A DNA stretch of 42,966 nt from a virus (taxonomy: Duplodnaviria; Caudoviricetes), in IMG/VR virus record IMGVR_UViG_3300030433_003105, positions 1-42,966 of that record; one strand, 5' to 3'. How positions within the stretch are numbered: position 1 is the first letter of the stretch; each line of letters starts with the position of its first letter. The translations under genes were made by a program, and so were the position numbers. Of the stretch, positions 1 to 7,982 are shown one piece after another. Under the pieces are notes generated by a model that worked only from the letters and a program-made list of their open reading frames with translations, was not told where the DNA came from and searched no databases.

Positions 1-187
1 AAAGGGAGAGTCTAGTATACATCACTCGCTGCTTTTCCAGCAAGTCTGTCAGCAAATCAACGTGTTCAATTTTTTCTTCACGGGACATTGAACCGAAAGT
101 CAAAAGACTTCCATAGATTTTTTCTTGCATTCTATTAATTTCATTCAATTCTTCTTGAATGATATCAGACTTGAAAAACTCACTCAT
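1..187 (-). CDS. DUF1825-like conserved cyanophage protein (runs off the window edge; not in ORF track)
   Basis: ATG at 187 overlaps the gp59 end; translates MSEFFKSDIIQEELNEINRMQEKIYGSLL...LLEKQRVMYTRLSL, which resembles the conserved ORF found after gp59 in cyanomyoviruses. Confidence 0.75.
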   Translation of the reverse strand, partial: MSEFFKSDIIQEELNEINRMQEKIYGSLLTFGSMSREEKIEHVDLLTDLLEKQRVMYTRLSL

Positions 188-776
188 CTAAAAGGTCCCG
201 TAAAATTTTCTTAAACTTGAATACGTCAATATTTAGGAAGGGATTGTACTTTTGAATTTTCAAACTGACGGTTTCCCACACGGGATCGGTCAGTTTCTTA
301 TCAAACTTTTTCCTAAACGAGAAGATTCTATCATAGATGACCATCGTCTCAAGACTTACGTTTCCACCAAGAAATTTTTTTAACAGGATTGGGTGTCCTT
401 TCGAACAATCGAATAGACTCTCTAATTCGTTGTTCGAGAGTAATTCGTTGCTTTGTTCTTTGAACAAGTAAGTCGAACTCTGTTTTCTCTTTTTCCAATC
501 GGCGTAAGTCCTTTCGCCAGAATTGATAATTTCTCCAATCCATAGGTTTTGTGGGTTATCTGCGGCAGTGAAATTGGATACAAGAAAATCTACGACTTCT
601 TCATCAGAGTATTTGCGTGAAGTTTTTTCGAACCAATATTTGTCCTTCCTTTTATTGAAGGATGCCATACTGGCACGGGTCTTCGCACCATACTTGAAGA
701 AGTCGTATTTTGGATTTGTAAAATGATTTTTGAGTGACAAATAATGTTGGTAGGTATCAAATGGAGTCACTTTCAT
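180..776 (-). CDS. gp59: T4-like loader of DNA helicase
   Basis: YLSLKNHFT..KYDFFKY.. and FNKRKDKYWFEK motifs; gp33-gp59 synteny. Confidence 0.9.
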   Translation of the reverse strand: MKVTPFDTYQHYLSLKNHFTNPKYDFFKYGAKTRASMASFNKRKDKYWFEKTSRKYSDEEVVDFLVSNFTAADNPQNLWIGEIINSGERTYADWKKRKQSSTYLFKEQSNELLSNNELESLFDCSKGHPILLKKFLGGNVSLETMVIYDRIFSFRKKFDKKLTDPVWETVSLKIQKYNPFLNIDVFKFKKILRDLLDE

Positions 777-1033
777 AAAGGCAATTTTGCTCTCGAAGTT
801 CGTTTCATAAAATTAAGTCTCGTAGCATCCCACTTCAGTTTTTCTTTCAGTGGTTTGGATACAAGTTTGGTAATTGAGTCTACCTCAAGTTCGTTCACTT
901 CGCAATAGTGAACGATTGCATCAATGTAATTGATTTTTTCTTCGGCAACAATCTTCTCAATTTCAAGTGCAAACTTAGAAGGTGTTAAAAATTTACTTTG
1001 AATTGCCTGCTCTAGTTCTTTATTTGGTTCCAT
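773..1033 (-). CDS. gp33: T4-like late-promoter transcription accessory protein
   Basis: F..EIEKIV.....NYIDAIVHYCE.NE and LKEKLKWDA..LNF...TSRAKLPL; start placed at ATG 1033 (MEPNKEL) rather than 1138. Confidence 0.9.
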   Translation of the reverse strand: MEPNKELEQAIQSKFLTPSKFALEIEKIVAEEKINYIDAIVHYCEVNELEVDSITKLVSKPLKEKLKWDATRLNFMKRTSRAKLPL

Positions 1034-1700
1034 AGAGTTCCAGTTTATCTCTAACAAACTTTCTAATGTATTCGGTAAGAAGTTTGATGTACTTTGATTT
1101 GTCTCGCTCTTCATAGACGACGCATTCTCCATTTTCACATGCCATGATAATTACAAGTTTTTTGACAGAAATTCCTGTCAGTTCGTACAGCATACAACCA
1201 TATGCCATGCACTGTACAAAATAGTGATCGATCCACTCTCGTGGTTTTGGTTTTGCTGATGTCTTAAAGTCAATTATTGCTAACTCACCCTCGTATTCTG
1301 CAATACAATCGACAGTGCCCGCAATCCCTAACTGTTTACTATATAGGGAACCTTCCAGGGCATGAATATTATTTATATTCTTTAACTTATGTTTAGAGAT
1401 CTTAAACAAGAAGTCTGAAATGGGTTGAACCTTAGGAAGATCTTCGTTCTTTAGAAAGTGCTCAGTCAGCAGGTGCATGTCCGTACCACGACTTGTAGCA
1501 CGTTTTGTAATACGATCTGCTTCTTCATTACCAACTTTCTTTCTCCATTTAACAAAGATTTCCTTATTAAAATGACTGGTCACCGAAGTAATGGAGACCA
1601 GTCGGAGAAGTTCTTCTTCATCGGGGACAGAGTAATATCTCACCCCATCAATGGTCTCCCTCTCAAGTTGAGGGAGATTAATATCAACATGATTAAACAT
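1020..1700 (-). CDS. PD-(D/E)xK exonuclease (cyanophage exonuclease A-like)
   Basis: SITSV, RGTDMH, GTVDCIAEY, IIDFKTS and YFVQ..AY motifs; usual position downstream of phoH. Confidence 0.85.
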   Translation of the reverse strand: MFNHVDINLPQLERETIDGVRYYSVPDEEELLRLVSITSVTSHFNKEIFVKWRKKVGNEEADRITKRATSRGTDMHLLTEHFLKNEDLPKVQPISDFLFKISKHKLKNINNIHALEGSLYSKQLGIAGTVDCIAEYEGELAIIDFKTSAKPKPREWIDHYFVQCMAYGCMLYELTGISVKKLVIIMACENGECVVYEERDKSKYIKLLTEYIRKFVRDKLELYGTK

Positions 1701-2464
1701 TAAAAACCTGATTCCATTTTTGCAGTGAGATATTCTTTGACAAGACCGGAACGAACAATATCATCAATCTCAAATTCGATTATATCAAATGAATTCATTT
1801 TACGCAAGACGTTCATAAAGTCTACGATACCATTTCTTTCATTTGATTTGTTTAAATCTGATTGACGTGCATCACCACAAAAACAGATTTTAGTATTCTC
1901 ACCAACACGGGTAATAATACTGTCAAGTTCATGAAAGTTGAGGTTTTGAAACTCATCAACGATAATAATAGAATTATCTAATGTAGTTCCACGAAGAAAA
2001 GAAGTGGACCAGAACTTAATCGTTTCCTGTGCTTTGAGATTGCCATACAACATCTCAAAGTCAGCATCAGACGGCATCTGGAACATATACTTCACCATAT
2101 TCTTATAAGGAATCTGGTAGATGTCTGCCTTGTCTTCATGAGAACCAGGTAAGAAACCAATCTCTCTGGTTGCTACAAGAGACCTCACGAGGTAGATTCT
2201 TTCGTAAGGAGTATATTCGTTCAATACATCCTTAATGGCATTATAGAGGGTAATAAACGTCTTACCTGTGCCAGCACATCCATATGCAACTATGTGTTTT
2301 TGTTCTGCATATGCATCGAATAATCTCTTTTGATTATTATTGAGTGGATCAATATCCACCAAGTAATTAGAACTTAGTGGTTTCTTTCTTTTCATCTGCT
2401 TCGTAGTCAGACCAACTCCAATCGGTTGATCATCCTTTGCAGATGCTCTTTTTCTTCTTGCCAT
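1700..2464 (-). CDS. phoH: PhoH family ATPase
   Basis: Walker A GCAGTGKT, IGFLPG, FLRGTT, IIVDEFQN, GDARQSD, DIVRSGLV. Confidence 0.95.
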   Translation of the reverse strand: MARRKRASAKDDQPIGVGLTTKQMKRKKPLSSNYLVDIDPLNNNQKRLFDAYAEQKHIVAYGCAGTGKTFITLYNAIKDVLNEYTPYERIYLVRSLVATREIGFLPGSHEDKADIYQIPYKNMVKYMFQMPSDADFEMLYGNLKAQETIKFWSTSFLRGTTLDNSIIIVDEFQNLNFHELDSIITRVGENTKICFCGDARQSDLNKSNERNGIVDFMNVLRKMNSFDIIEFEIDDIVRSGLVKEYLTAKMESGF

Positions 2465-2466
2465 AC

Positions 2467-2715
2467 TTAAATCTTCTTAACAGTTGCTTTTGGTGCTTTC
2501 GATGCTTTATCGAGGACTTCATTCCATCCTGGATGTTTGTTGACAAGTTTGTCTCTCCACTCACCAACATCTGTTGCCATCGGAGCAGTAGATGGATCAG
2601 ACCAATCCCGATGCCAATCAGGATTGTCTTCTAACCATTTATTCCAATCATGGACACTCATGCTCACTTCTTTCTGCTCACCCGTTTCTTTATGTATTAC
2701 TGGATACGTTGCCAT
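2467..2715 (-). CDS. conserved cyanophage hypothetical protein
   Basis: 82-aa ORF packed tightly between thyX and phoH; MATYPV...TGE..E and GWNEVL.K pattern. Confidence 0.75.
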   Translation of the reverse strand: MATYPVIHKETGEQKEVSMSVHDWNKWLEDNPDWHRDWSDPSTAPMATDVGEWRDKLVNKHPGWNEVLDKASKAPKATVKKI

Positions 2716-2739
2716 TGTTAAAAATCCAAGATGAAATAT

Positions 2740-3375
2740 TTAGACCCACTCAAGGGCTTCGGCACAAGTAGGGAATTGCTCCACAAAGATCTTCTTACAT
2801 GCTTCTGCAATATCCATGTGCTCTTTCTGAGTGCCATTAGCAGACCTCAGAGTGATGTAGTGGATCCATGATCGACAGGAACCACTCATATAAAGTCTGG
2901 TGGGTGTTGCCAAAGGAAGCACAAATCGAGCACACTCTTTCGCAATTCCAGAGTCAAGCATGGATTGATACAAGACCATTGCTTCATCAAAATGCCGACG
3001 AATTTTGATTTCAAACTCTTGTTTCACAAACGGGTCAATGTCGTCAATAGAATTCTGACGATTTTTAGTATCTTGACGACGCAGGTCAAACATAGGAACT
3101 TGATCTGCCAACATGGAACTGTCAGCATACCGTTGTGAAAATTCTTGATATGTGAACGAACGGTGGCGCAGTATTTGAGCTGCCAGACCTCTCGTAGTCT
3201 CAATTTCCAGAGTCATAAAACTCTGTTCAAAGACAGACCAGTGATTGTGCTTGATACAATAACCCAACAGTTTTGCATAGTTGGGGTTTTCCTGATTATT
3301 GGGGTTTGACACACGGGCAACGTATGCCATCATCTTCTCCGCATCGGGAGTTACACTTACCAGTTTTACACTCAT
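2740..3375 (-). CDS. thyX: FAD-dependent thymidylate synthase
   Basis: ThyX motif [14 protein letters not shown]; also [15 protein letters not shown] and TQKEH. Confidence 0.97.
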   Translation of the reverse strand: MSVKLVSVTPDAEKMMAYVARVSNPNNQENPNYAKLLGYCIKHNHWSVFEQSFMTLEIETTRGLAAQILRHRSFTYQEFSQRYADSSMLADQVPMFDLRRQDTKNRQNSIDDIDPFVKQEFEIKIRRHFDEAMVLYQSMLDSGIAKECARFVLPLATPTRLYMSGSCRSWIHYITLRSANGTQKEHMDIAEACKKIFVEQFPTCAEALEWV

Positions 3376-3536
3376 TTACCAAATCCTTTAGAATTTTCCT
3401 TTTCAATATCAGCAATCTGCTGTTTTACTGCACGTAATTGTGATTTCATCTCTTTAATTCTTTCTTCATCATAGAGATGATCTTGCTTGATTAAACGTTC
3501 AAGCAACTTTACAAGTTCCTTAGTTCTACTAGTCAT
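3372..3536 (-). CDS. small coiled-coil hypothetical protein
   Basis: ATG overlapping the upstream stop; [18 protein letters not shown]...SKGFGK; ATGA overlap with thyX. Start could be 3536, 3539 or 3542. Confidence 0.7.
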   Translation of the reverse strand: MTSRTKELVKLLERLIKQDHLYDEERIKEMKSQLRAVKQQIADIEKENSKGFGK

Positions 3537-3687
3537 CATCATCCTCAAATACTTCGTCATAATCCAATACTCGGGAAGGAGTATCTTTTGATTTATATGC
3601 ATCCACGTCAGAATACACTTCTGCTTTCAGTGAATCAACAAGCAATTCAAGGTTTCGGACAATGAGTTTTAGTCGGTCTTTCTCCAT
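3529..3687 (-). CDS. 52-aa acidic-tailed hypothetical protein (not in ORF track)
   Basis: Manual translation [52 protein letters not shown]; preceded by an extended -10 element. Confidence 0.75.
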   Translation of the reverse strand: MEKDRLKLIVRNLELLVDSLKAEVYSDVDAYKSKDTPSRVLDYDEVFEDDDD

Positions 3688-3708
3688 AATACTGTGCTGT
3701 TTCACCAC

Positions 3709-3717
3709 ATTATAACA
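3709..3717 (-). promoter_or_regulatory. extended -10 (TGnTATAAT) promoter directly after the terminator
   Basis: Minus strand TGTTATAAT about 20 nt upstream of ATG 3687; -35 match is weak. Confidence 0.5.
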
Positions 3718-3718
3718 T

Positions 3719-3744
3719 AAAAAAAGAGGGGATGAAACCCCTCT
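3719..3744 (-). terminator. rho-independent terminator
   Basis: Minus strand AGAGGGG-TTTCAT-CCCCTCT followed by a T run. Confidence 0.85.
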
Positions 3745-3748
3745 GTGA

Positions 3749-3841
3749 TTATTTGGAAAGAACTTTAATCTCTCCGTATATCAGTGATAGAAATGCTACA
3801 GAACTTAGGGATACGATCCCGGCAATTTGTAGTGCTTCCAT
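3749..3841 (-). CDS. 30-aa hydrophobic peptide (not in ORF track)
   Basis: MEALQIAGIVSLSSVAFLSLIYGEIKVLSK*; starts 1 nt after the DUF4278-like stop and ends just before the terminator. Confidence 0.55.
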   Translation of the reverse strand: MEALQIAGIVSLSSVAFLSLIYGEIKVLSK

Positions 3842-3842
3842 A

Positions 3843-4007
3843 TCACTTTACATAAGTGCGACCACGATAGCAGAAAGTGCCGTGAGACTCTTCTGCTGGT
3901 TTGTGAACTTCACACTTAACACCACGATATGCGGTGTGAGTGATCTGTGCATCGTGAAGAGCAGATGCTTTGTTGATCTGCTTCTTGATGAGTTGTAAGG
4001 TGTTCAT
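3843..4007 (-). CDS. DUF4278-like small protein, 54 aa (not in ORF track)
   Basis: MNTLQLIKKQINKASALHDAQITHTAYRGVKCEVHKPAEESHGTFCYRGRTYVK*; two YRG motifs; AGGAG SD upstream. Confidence 0.75.
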   Translation of the reverse strand: MNTLQLIKKQINKASALHDAQITHTAYRGVKCEVHKPAEESHGTFCYRGRTYVK

Positions 4008-4043
4008 TTGTCTTACTCCTGAAATACTAGGGATTTTTAGCCC

Positions 4044-4277
4044 CGTTCCTTCAGTCGTTTGCGTCCCAGTAATGATTACACTCGGGCACAGATTCCTTTA
4101 CGGTCTCTACCAGTTCTACCACAATTTTAGGTGATAGTTCTGATTTATTTGCTTGGATCTTGAGCATTAATACATCAGCATCCGAACAAAGCATACCAGA
4201 GTAAAGAAGTAAATCAAACATGGGATGAACGCTCCGTTCCGCGACTTACTTGCGTCCCACAGAGTGGGATGAACGAC
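4044..4277 (-). ncRNA. double glutamine riboswitch-like RNA (glnA / Downstream-peptide class)
   Basis: Two CGUUCA-UCCCA...UGGGA-CGCA...GGAACG units (4275-4235 and 4231-4044); glnA-like AAGUAAG and CUGAAG strands; lies upstream of a DUF4278-like gene. Confidence 0.75.
4051..4221 (-). CDS. 56-aa ORF embedded in the riboswitch (not in ORF track)
   Basis: MFDLLLYSGMLCSDADVLMLKIQANKSELSPKIVVELVETVKESVPECNHYWDAND*; GGAG 10 nt upstream; uninterrupted 171 nt frame. Confidence 0.65.
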   Translation of the reverse strand: MFDLLLYSGMLCSDADVLMLKIQANKSELSPKIVVELVETVKESVPECNHYWDAND

Positions 4278-4283
4278 AGGTCT

Positions 4284-4312
4284 ATTATAGACCCTCTTTA
4301 GTATATAGTCAA
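4284..4312 (-). promoter_or_regulatory. sigma70-type (early) promoter
   Basis: TTGACT-17 nt-TATAAT; predicted +1 near 4277, at the first base of the aptamer. Confidence 0.85.
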
Positions 4313-4319
4313 GCACATA

Positions 4320-4335
4320 TGTAACATACGATACA
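4320..4335. promoter_or_regulatory. putative NtcA binding site
   Basis: TGTA-ACATACGA-TACA matches TGTA-N8-TACA; 7 nt upstream of the -35 box. Confidence 0.6.
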
Positions 4336-4394
4336 GTTTAAAAAACCTTAGGGGTCAAAAATTTTGGGGAATTTTTTTTCCGGTATTTTTGAAA

Positions 4395-4655
4395 TCACTT
4401 CCGCTTTTTGGTTTCGGGTGCCTTTGCACCATACAATTTAGGATTCATCCTACCCTCAGTCTGATTCATGGTCACGAAACCTTTCTTATACTTATCATAG
4501 TAATGATCAAAGATTTCAGATTGCTTTGCTGCTGCCGCAATATCATACGAACTAGTAGCACCACCATCAACTTTATATTCAACTAAAAATGAATTGTTAG
4601 GCAGTTCACGATCCTCTGCTCTCTCTGGATCACAGTTCTCAAATAAAATCTTCAT
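4395..4655 (-). CDS. conserved cyanophage hypothetical protein
   Basis: ORF; start moved to ATG 4655 (MKILFENCDP) to remove overlap. Confidence 0.7.
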   Translation of the reverse strand: MKILFENCDPERAEDRELPNNSFLVEYKVDGGATSSYDIAAAAKQSEIFDHYYDKYKKGFVTMNQTEGRMNPKLYGAKAPETKKRK

Positions 4656-4660
4656 AAGAT

Positions 4661-5242
4661 TCACGAACGACCTCCCCATTGAATATCAGGGTATGCTTCT
4701 GCAACAATCTCTTTTGTAATTTTATATCTATCAGACAATTTCTTGTCTTTACATAAGCAAAGAATTTCTGCTTCTAATGGATGAAGTCCCTCAAGAACAT
4801 TAATGAACATTGTTTCACGACGAACGGAACTCAATCCTGGATTGCCATTCTTTGTAAAGTGATAGAAGTTTTTATACTCTCTACGAATAGAAGTATGTCC
4901 ATTAGTATCACTAGAACCCATGGAGAATGAATCCGTTTCGTGCATTTTACGAACAGATTCATCAATTTTTGTTGTCAGAGTTCCACTATGACTTGCCTGA
5001 TCTTCAAATCCAGAATAAGGGACTTCTCCCTCTGGAAGTGCTGATATTACGCTCTCATCAAAGTTCCAAATAAAAATAACTTTCAATGAGATATGCTCAA
5101 ATTTTTTGAGCACTTCAATTTTCTTTGCTTTACTTCTTTGCTTGGATGCAAGATTCAGAATCTCAAAAACAAATGGATTGTTTGGGAGATCTAGTGATGC
5201 TGCTTTAGTCTTCGTCGTTTTCTTCTTCGTTGTCGTAGTCAT
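4661..5242 (-). CDS. conserved T4-like hypothetical protein (DUF6433-like)
   Basis: LPEGEVPY and RRETMFINVLEGLHPLEAEIL..KDKKL motifs; start set at ATG 5242. Confidence 0.75.
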   Translation of the reverse strand: MTTTTKKKTTKTKAASLDLPNNPFVFEILNLASKQRSKAKKIEVLKKFEHISLKVIFIWNFDESVISALPEGEVPYSGFEDQASHSGTLTTKIDESVRKMHETDSFSMGSSDTNGHTSIRREYKNFYHFTKNGNPGLSSVRRETMFINVLEGLHPLEAEILCLCKDKKLSDRYKITKEIVAEAYPDIQWGGRS

Positions 5243-5435
5243 GATAGTTTTCAAAATTAAATGCGATTACTTCATCAGGTATTAAGTTACCTTGCTCATC
5301 AAACATCTCTGGATGTGGTCTAGGCACTTCCCGATAGTTCATCATATATTCTCTGGCAGTCCAACCACCTATTAGTCCCACGATAAGAAATAAAACGGTT
5401 AGGAATGAACCAAATACTAAACTAGCTGCTAACAT
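5205..5435 (-). CDS. small single-pass membrane protein
   Basis: N-terminal hydrophobic helix, HPEMFD..G motif, acidic tail. Confidence 0.7.
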   Translation of the reverse strand: MLAASLVFGSFLTVLFLIVGLIGGWTAREYMMNYREVPRPHPEMFDEQGNLIPDEVIAFNFENYHDYDNEEENDED

Positions 5436-5673
5436 TTTTCTTTCTCCGGGAGACTACTTTTCTTTTCCTTGTACTGATGGAAAACTCAAAATAGATATTT
5501 ACTTCCCTTTTTAGAAAGCAAATCATCTTTTCAAAAATAATATGAAATGGTTGTTTTTGCTTTCTTTTGCCTCCATTAAGTAAGAAATCAACACCACGAT
5601 TCTTGTGGTCGTTACTTTTATTTATGTTAAGATTTGATGACTTGTTGTTCCCTGAGGAATTTGATTGTGTCAA
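5422..5673 (-). CDS. basic hypothetical protein
   Basis: TTG start preceded by AGGAGG; overlaps the end of the glutaredoxin gene; start uncertain. Confidence 0.55.
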   Translation of the reverse strand: MTQSNSSGNNKSSNLNINKSNDHKNRGVDFLLNGGKRKQKQPFHIIFEKMICFLKREVNIYFEFSISTRKRKVVSRRKKNVSS

Positions 5674-5878
5674 CGCAACCTCCTAATTTTTTGTCATTAC
5701 AAATAACTTGTGGAAAAGTAGAACCCTTACCAAACTTAGCATAGAACTCTTCTCGTGTAAAGTCTTTATCCAAGATTTGGGTTTCAAAATCACTGCCAGT
5801 CAATTCTAAAACTTGTTTAACCTTATAACAATAGGGACAATTATTTTTTGAGTAGACAATAAAATTCATAAGATTCAA
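5627..5878 (-). CDS. nrdC: glutaredoxin
   Basis: CPYC active site, TFPQV cis-Pro motif, LGGC. Confidence 0.92.
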   Translation of the reverse strand: MNLMNFIVYSKNNCPYCYKVKQVLELTGSDFETQILDKDFTREEFYAKFGKGSTFPQVICNDKKLGGCVDTIKFLREQQVIKS

Positions 5879-5896
5879 TATTTTAAGTATATAGTT

Positions 5897-6394
5897 TTAT
5901 GCTGATGAGAGTTCTGCAAAGAATGTAACTGTCATCCTAGAAGTGAAAAGTTCAAATCCAAACAAATTATCCGGTCCATGTTTTAGATTTGACTCATAAG
6001 CAATGAATCGATTATATACGTTTTCTATGCATCCTTCACCCTCAATACAAGTTCCAGTATTTTGTGGTGGATTAGGGGTAATGTAAACTAGACCGGCATA
6101 ATCAGATTCATCTCTATGATACTTTATTTCATGAAAATTGTCAATGTTATTCATAACAAAGTGAGGAGAGCAATGAAAATATATCTTTATGTCGGATACA
6201 AATTTGCCCGTCCTATCCTCCAAGGTTTTAACAATCTTATCATTTAACATTTTACCAATATTAGTATCTTCTGTGATTCTAGGAGATCTATATCCACCAA
6301 AATGTTCATTCTCATTTGGTGGATAATATTCTGCATCCAAACCACAAGCCCTAACAAGGTCTATATTATTGAAATAATTATCTATGATTATCAT
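5897..6394 (-). CDS. 2OG-Fe(II) oxygenase-fold protein (DUF6445-like)
   Basis: IIIDNYF start, HRD triad, AGLVYI, GT, NVYNR, distal HG and R.T.TFF. Confidence 0.75.
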   Translation of the reverse strand: MIIIDNYFNNIDLVRACGLDAEYYPPNENEHFGGYRSPRITEDTNIGKMLNDKIVKTLEDRTGKFVSDIKIYFHCSPHFVMNNIDNFHEIKYHRDESDYAGLVYITPNPPQNTGTCIEGEGCIENVYNRFIAYESNLKHGPDNLFGFELFTSRMTVTFFAELSSA

Positions 6395-6395
6395 A

Positions 6396-7982
6396 CTACT
6401 TAAATAACAGCAAATTTATTTCTGGGAGATAAACATATTTTAAATCACTTCTGTGCATAACATTTACTGCGTCCTGAATAGTTTCAACCAATGGTTCTCC
6501 TGCTAAATTGAAAGAGGTATTTAACAGCATTGGAACATTTGTTTTTTTATAGAACTCATGTATCAGATTATAGAAATGATAATTTTGTTTCTCCGTGACC
6601 GTTTGTATTCTACTAGTTCCATCAACGTGGATAACAGATGGAACTTGCTCCAAAGATTTTTGTTTAGCTTCCAATGCGTATGACATTGTTGGACTTTCAT
6701 TTAAAGTTTTCAGATCAAACCAATCATGACTATATTCTAAGAGAATACTTGCGGCAAATGGTCTATAATTTTCTCTTCTTTTTATTTTATTGACAATTGT
6801 TTTTCCGTTAGAAACTCTGGGATCAAATAGCAGTGATCTATTCCCCAGTGATCTCTGACCTACTTCAGATTTTCCTTGATATAAAGCAACGATCTCACCA
6901 TTTATTAGAAGATCAACAACATCAGAGTATGTAATGTTTGTCTTATAAGAACAACCGAAACTTTTAATTTCGTTTAATGGTTCAGAAGAACCATGATAAG
7001 ATCCTTCAATTCTGGTTGGACTCTCTCCATATTTTTTTGTATATGAGATTAATGCATTACCAATTGATATTCCATTATCAGAACACATTGGGTCTACATG
7101 GATATTCAAATCAGGAAATTTTTTTACCAGGTTATAGTTCGAAACACAGTTTAAAAATATTCCACCAGTTAATATAACATCTTTGATTCCAGTTTTGTCA
7201 ATATGTTCTTCAACTATATTGAATACTCTATCTTCCAACTTTTTTTGAACAATGTATGATGCGTCAACTTTATTGATCCATTCTAAACTATTATATCCTT
7301 CTGGTAGTTTTGATTTGTGATTTTTGTACTGAGATAATCCCATCAATTTACCAGCATCATGTCCACTCATTCCCATTAGAATACAAAGATCTTCATATGC
7401 TTGTCCCATACTAATATCTTCGTCAAGGATCTTTATAATATCCTCCACATTTACACGACTCCAATCAATTTTTAAATTATTGATTTTGTGATATATTTTT
7501 TTAAAATTATCAACAGAGATATATTTTTTAGAAATGACTTTGTCAAATTTATGGTTTCTAAAAGTATAAACAGATTCTATTTCTGTAATCATTTTATCTT
7601 TGAATGCTGAACCATTTCCATCCATTACTATACACAAAGCATCATCAAATTTAGATGTATAGTATCCACAATATGCATGACATAAATGATGATCATAATA
7701 TTGAATATCCAAATTTACTTCTCTATCTAATACATCTTTGACCTCTTTTTTTATTGCATGTATGTGATCATCACTATCATACTTCAAAAATTGACTAAAG
7801 GATACTGACTCCAATTCAGTTTTACTTAACTCAGACAAAAATGAATCAATCAAGAAACCACCGTCATGTTTTTCTCTGGTGAGTCGTTCAAAAATAATTG
7901 TTTTAGTTAGTTCACCATTTTTTATCACACTCATTCCAGAGTCATGTGCAAGAAAAGAACCAGATAATATTTCTTTATTCAT
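6396..7982 (-). CDS. NodU/CmcH-family O-carbamoyltransferase
   Basis: HDSG, ERLTREKH, HHLCHA, DGNG, GKLMGL, SDNG, GNRS, YRPFA, HVDGTSRIQTV, LNTSFN. Confidence 0.92.
   Translation of the reverse strand: MNKEILSGSFLAHDSGMSVIKNGELTKTIIFERLTREKHDGGFLIDSFLSELSKTELESVSFSQFLKYDSDDHIHAIKKEVKDVLDREVNLDIQYYDHHLCHAYCGYYTSKFDDALCIVMDGNGSAFKDKMITEIESVYTFRNHKFDKVISKKYISVDNFKKIYHKINNLKIDWSRVNVEDIIKILDEDISMGQAYEDLCILMGMSGHDAGKLMGLSQYKNHKSKLPEGYNSLEWINKVDASYIVQKKLEDRVFNIVEEHIDKTGIKDVILTGGIFLNCVSNYNLVKKFPDLNIHVDPMCSDNGISIGNALISYTKKYGESPTRIEGSYHGSSEPLNEIKSFGCSYKTNITYSDVVDLLINGEIVALYQGKSEVGQRSLGNRSLLFDPRVSNGKTIVNKIKRRENYRPFAASILLEYSHDWFDLKTLNESPTMSYALEAKQKSLEQVPSVIHVDGTSRIQTVTEKQNYHFYNLIHEFYKKTNVPMLLNTSFNLAGEPLVETIQDAVNVMHRSDLKYVYLPEINLLLFK

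Noticed and set aside
1034-1138. N-terminal extension of gp33 in the ORF track (likewise 3543-3602 for the ORF before thyX)
   Set aside because: These overlap well-supported upstream genes; downstream ATGs give typical lengths
1020-1700. Cas4-like nuclease suggesting CRISPR adaptation
   Set aside because: It is the usual cyanomyovirus exonuclease between phoH and gp33 and lacks the Cas4 four-Cys cluster pattern
2465-2740. Pho box upstream of phoH
   Set aside because: phoH lies 2 nt from the upstream gene inside an operon; no convincing tandem Pho-box repeat seen
3732-3998. 88-aa plus-strand ORF
   Set aside because: Antisense shadow of the minus-strand DUF4278-like and 30-aa ORFs, which have SD, promoter and terminator support
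5205-5435. Paralogy with the 69-aa ORF at 42500-42709 (both TM helix plus HPE)
   Set aside because: Similarity is limited to three or four residues and topology, too little to claim without a profile search
5619-5626. CATAAATA late-promoter-like element after the glutaredoxin stop
   Set aside because: Lies inside the 5422-5673 ORF in AT-rich DNA; plausible but not distinguishable from chance
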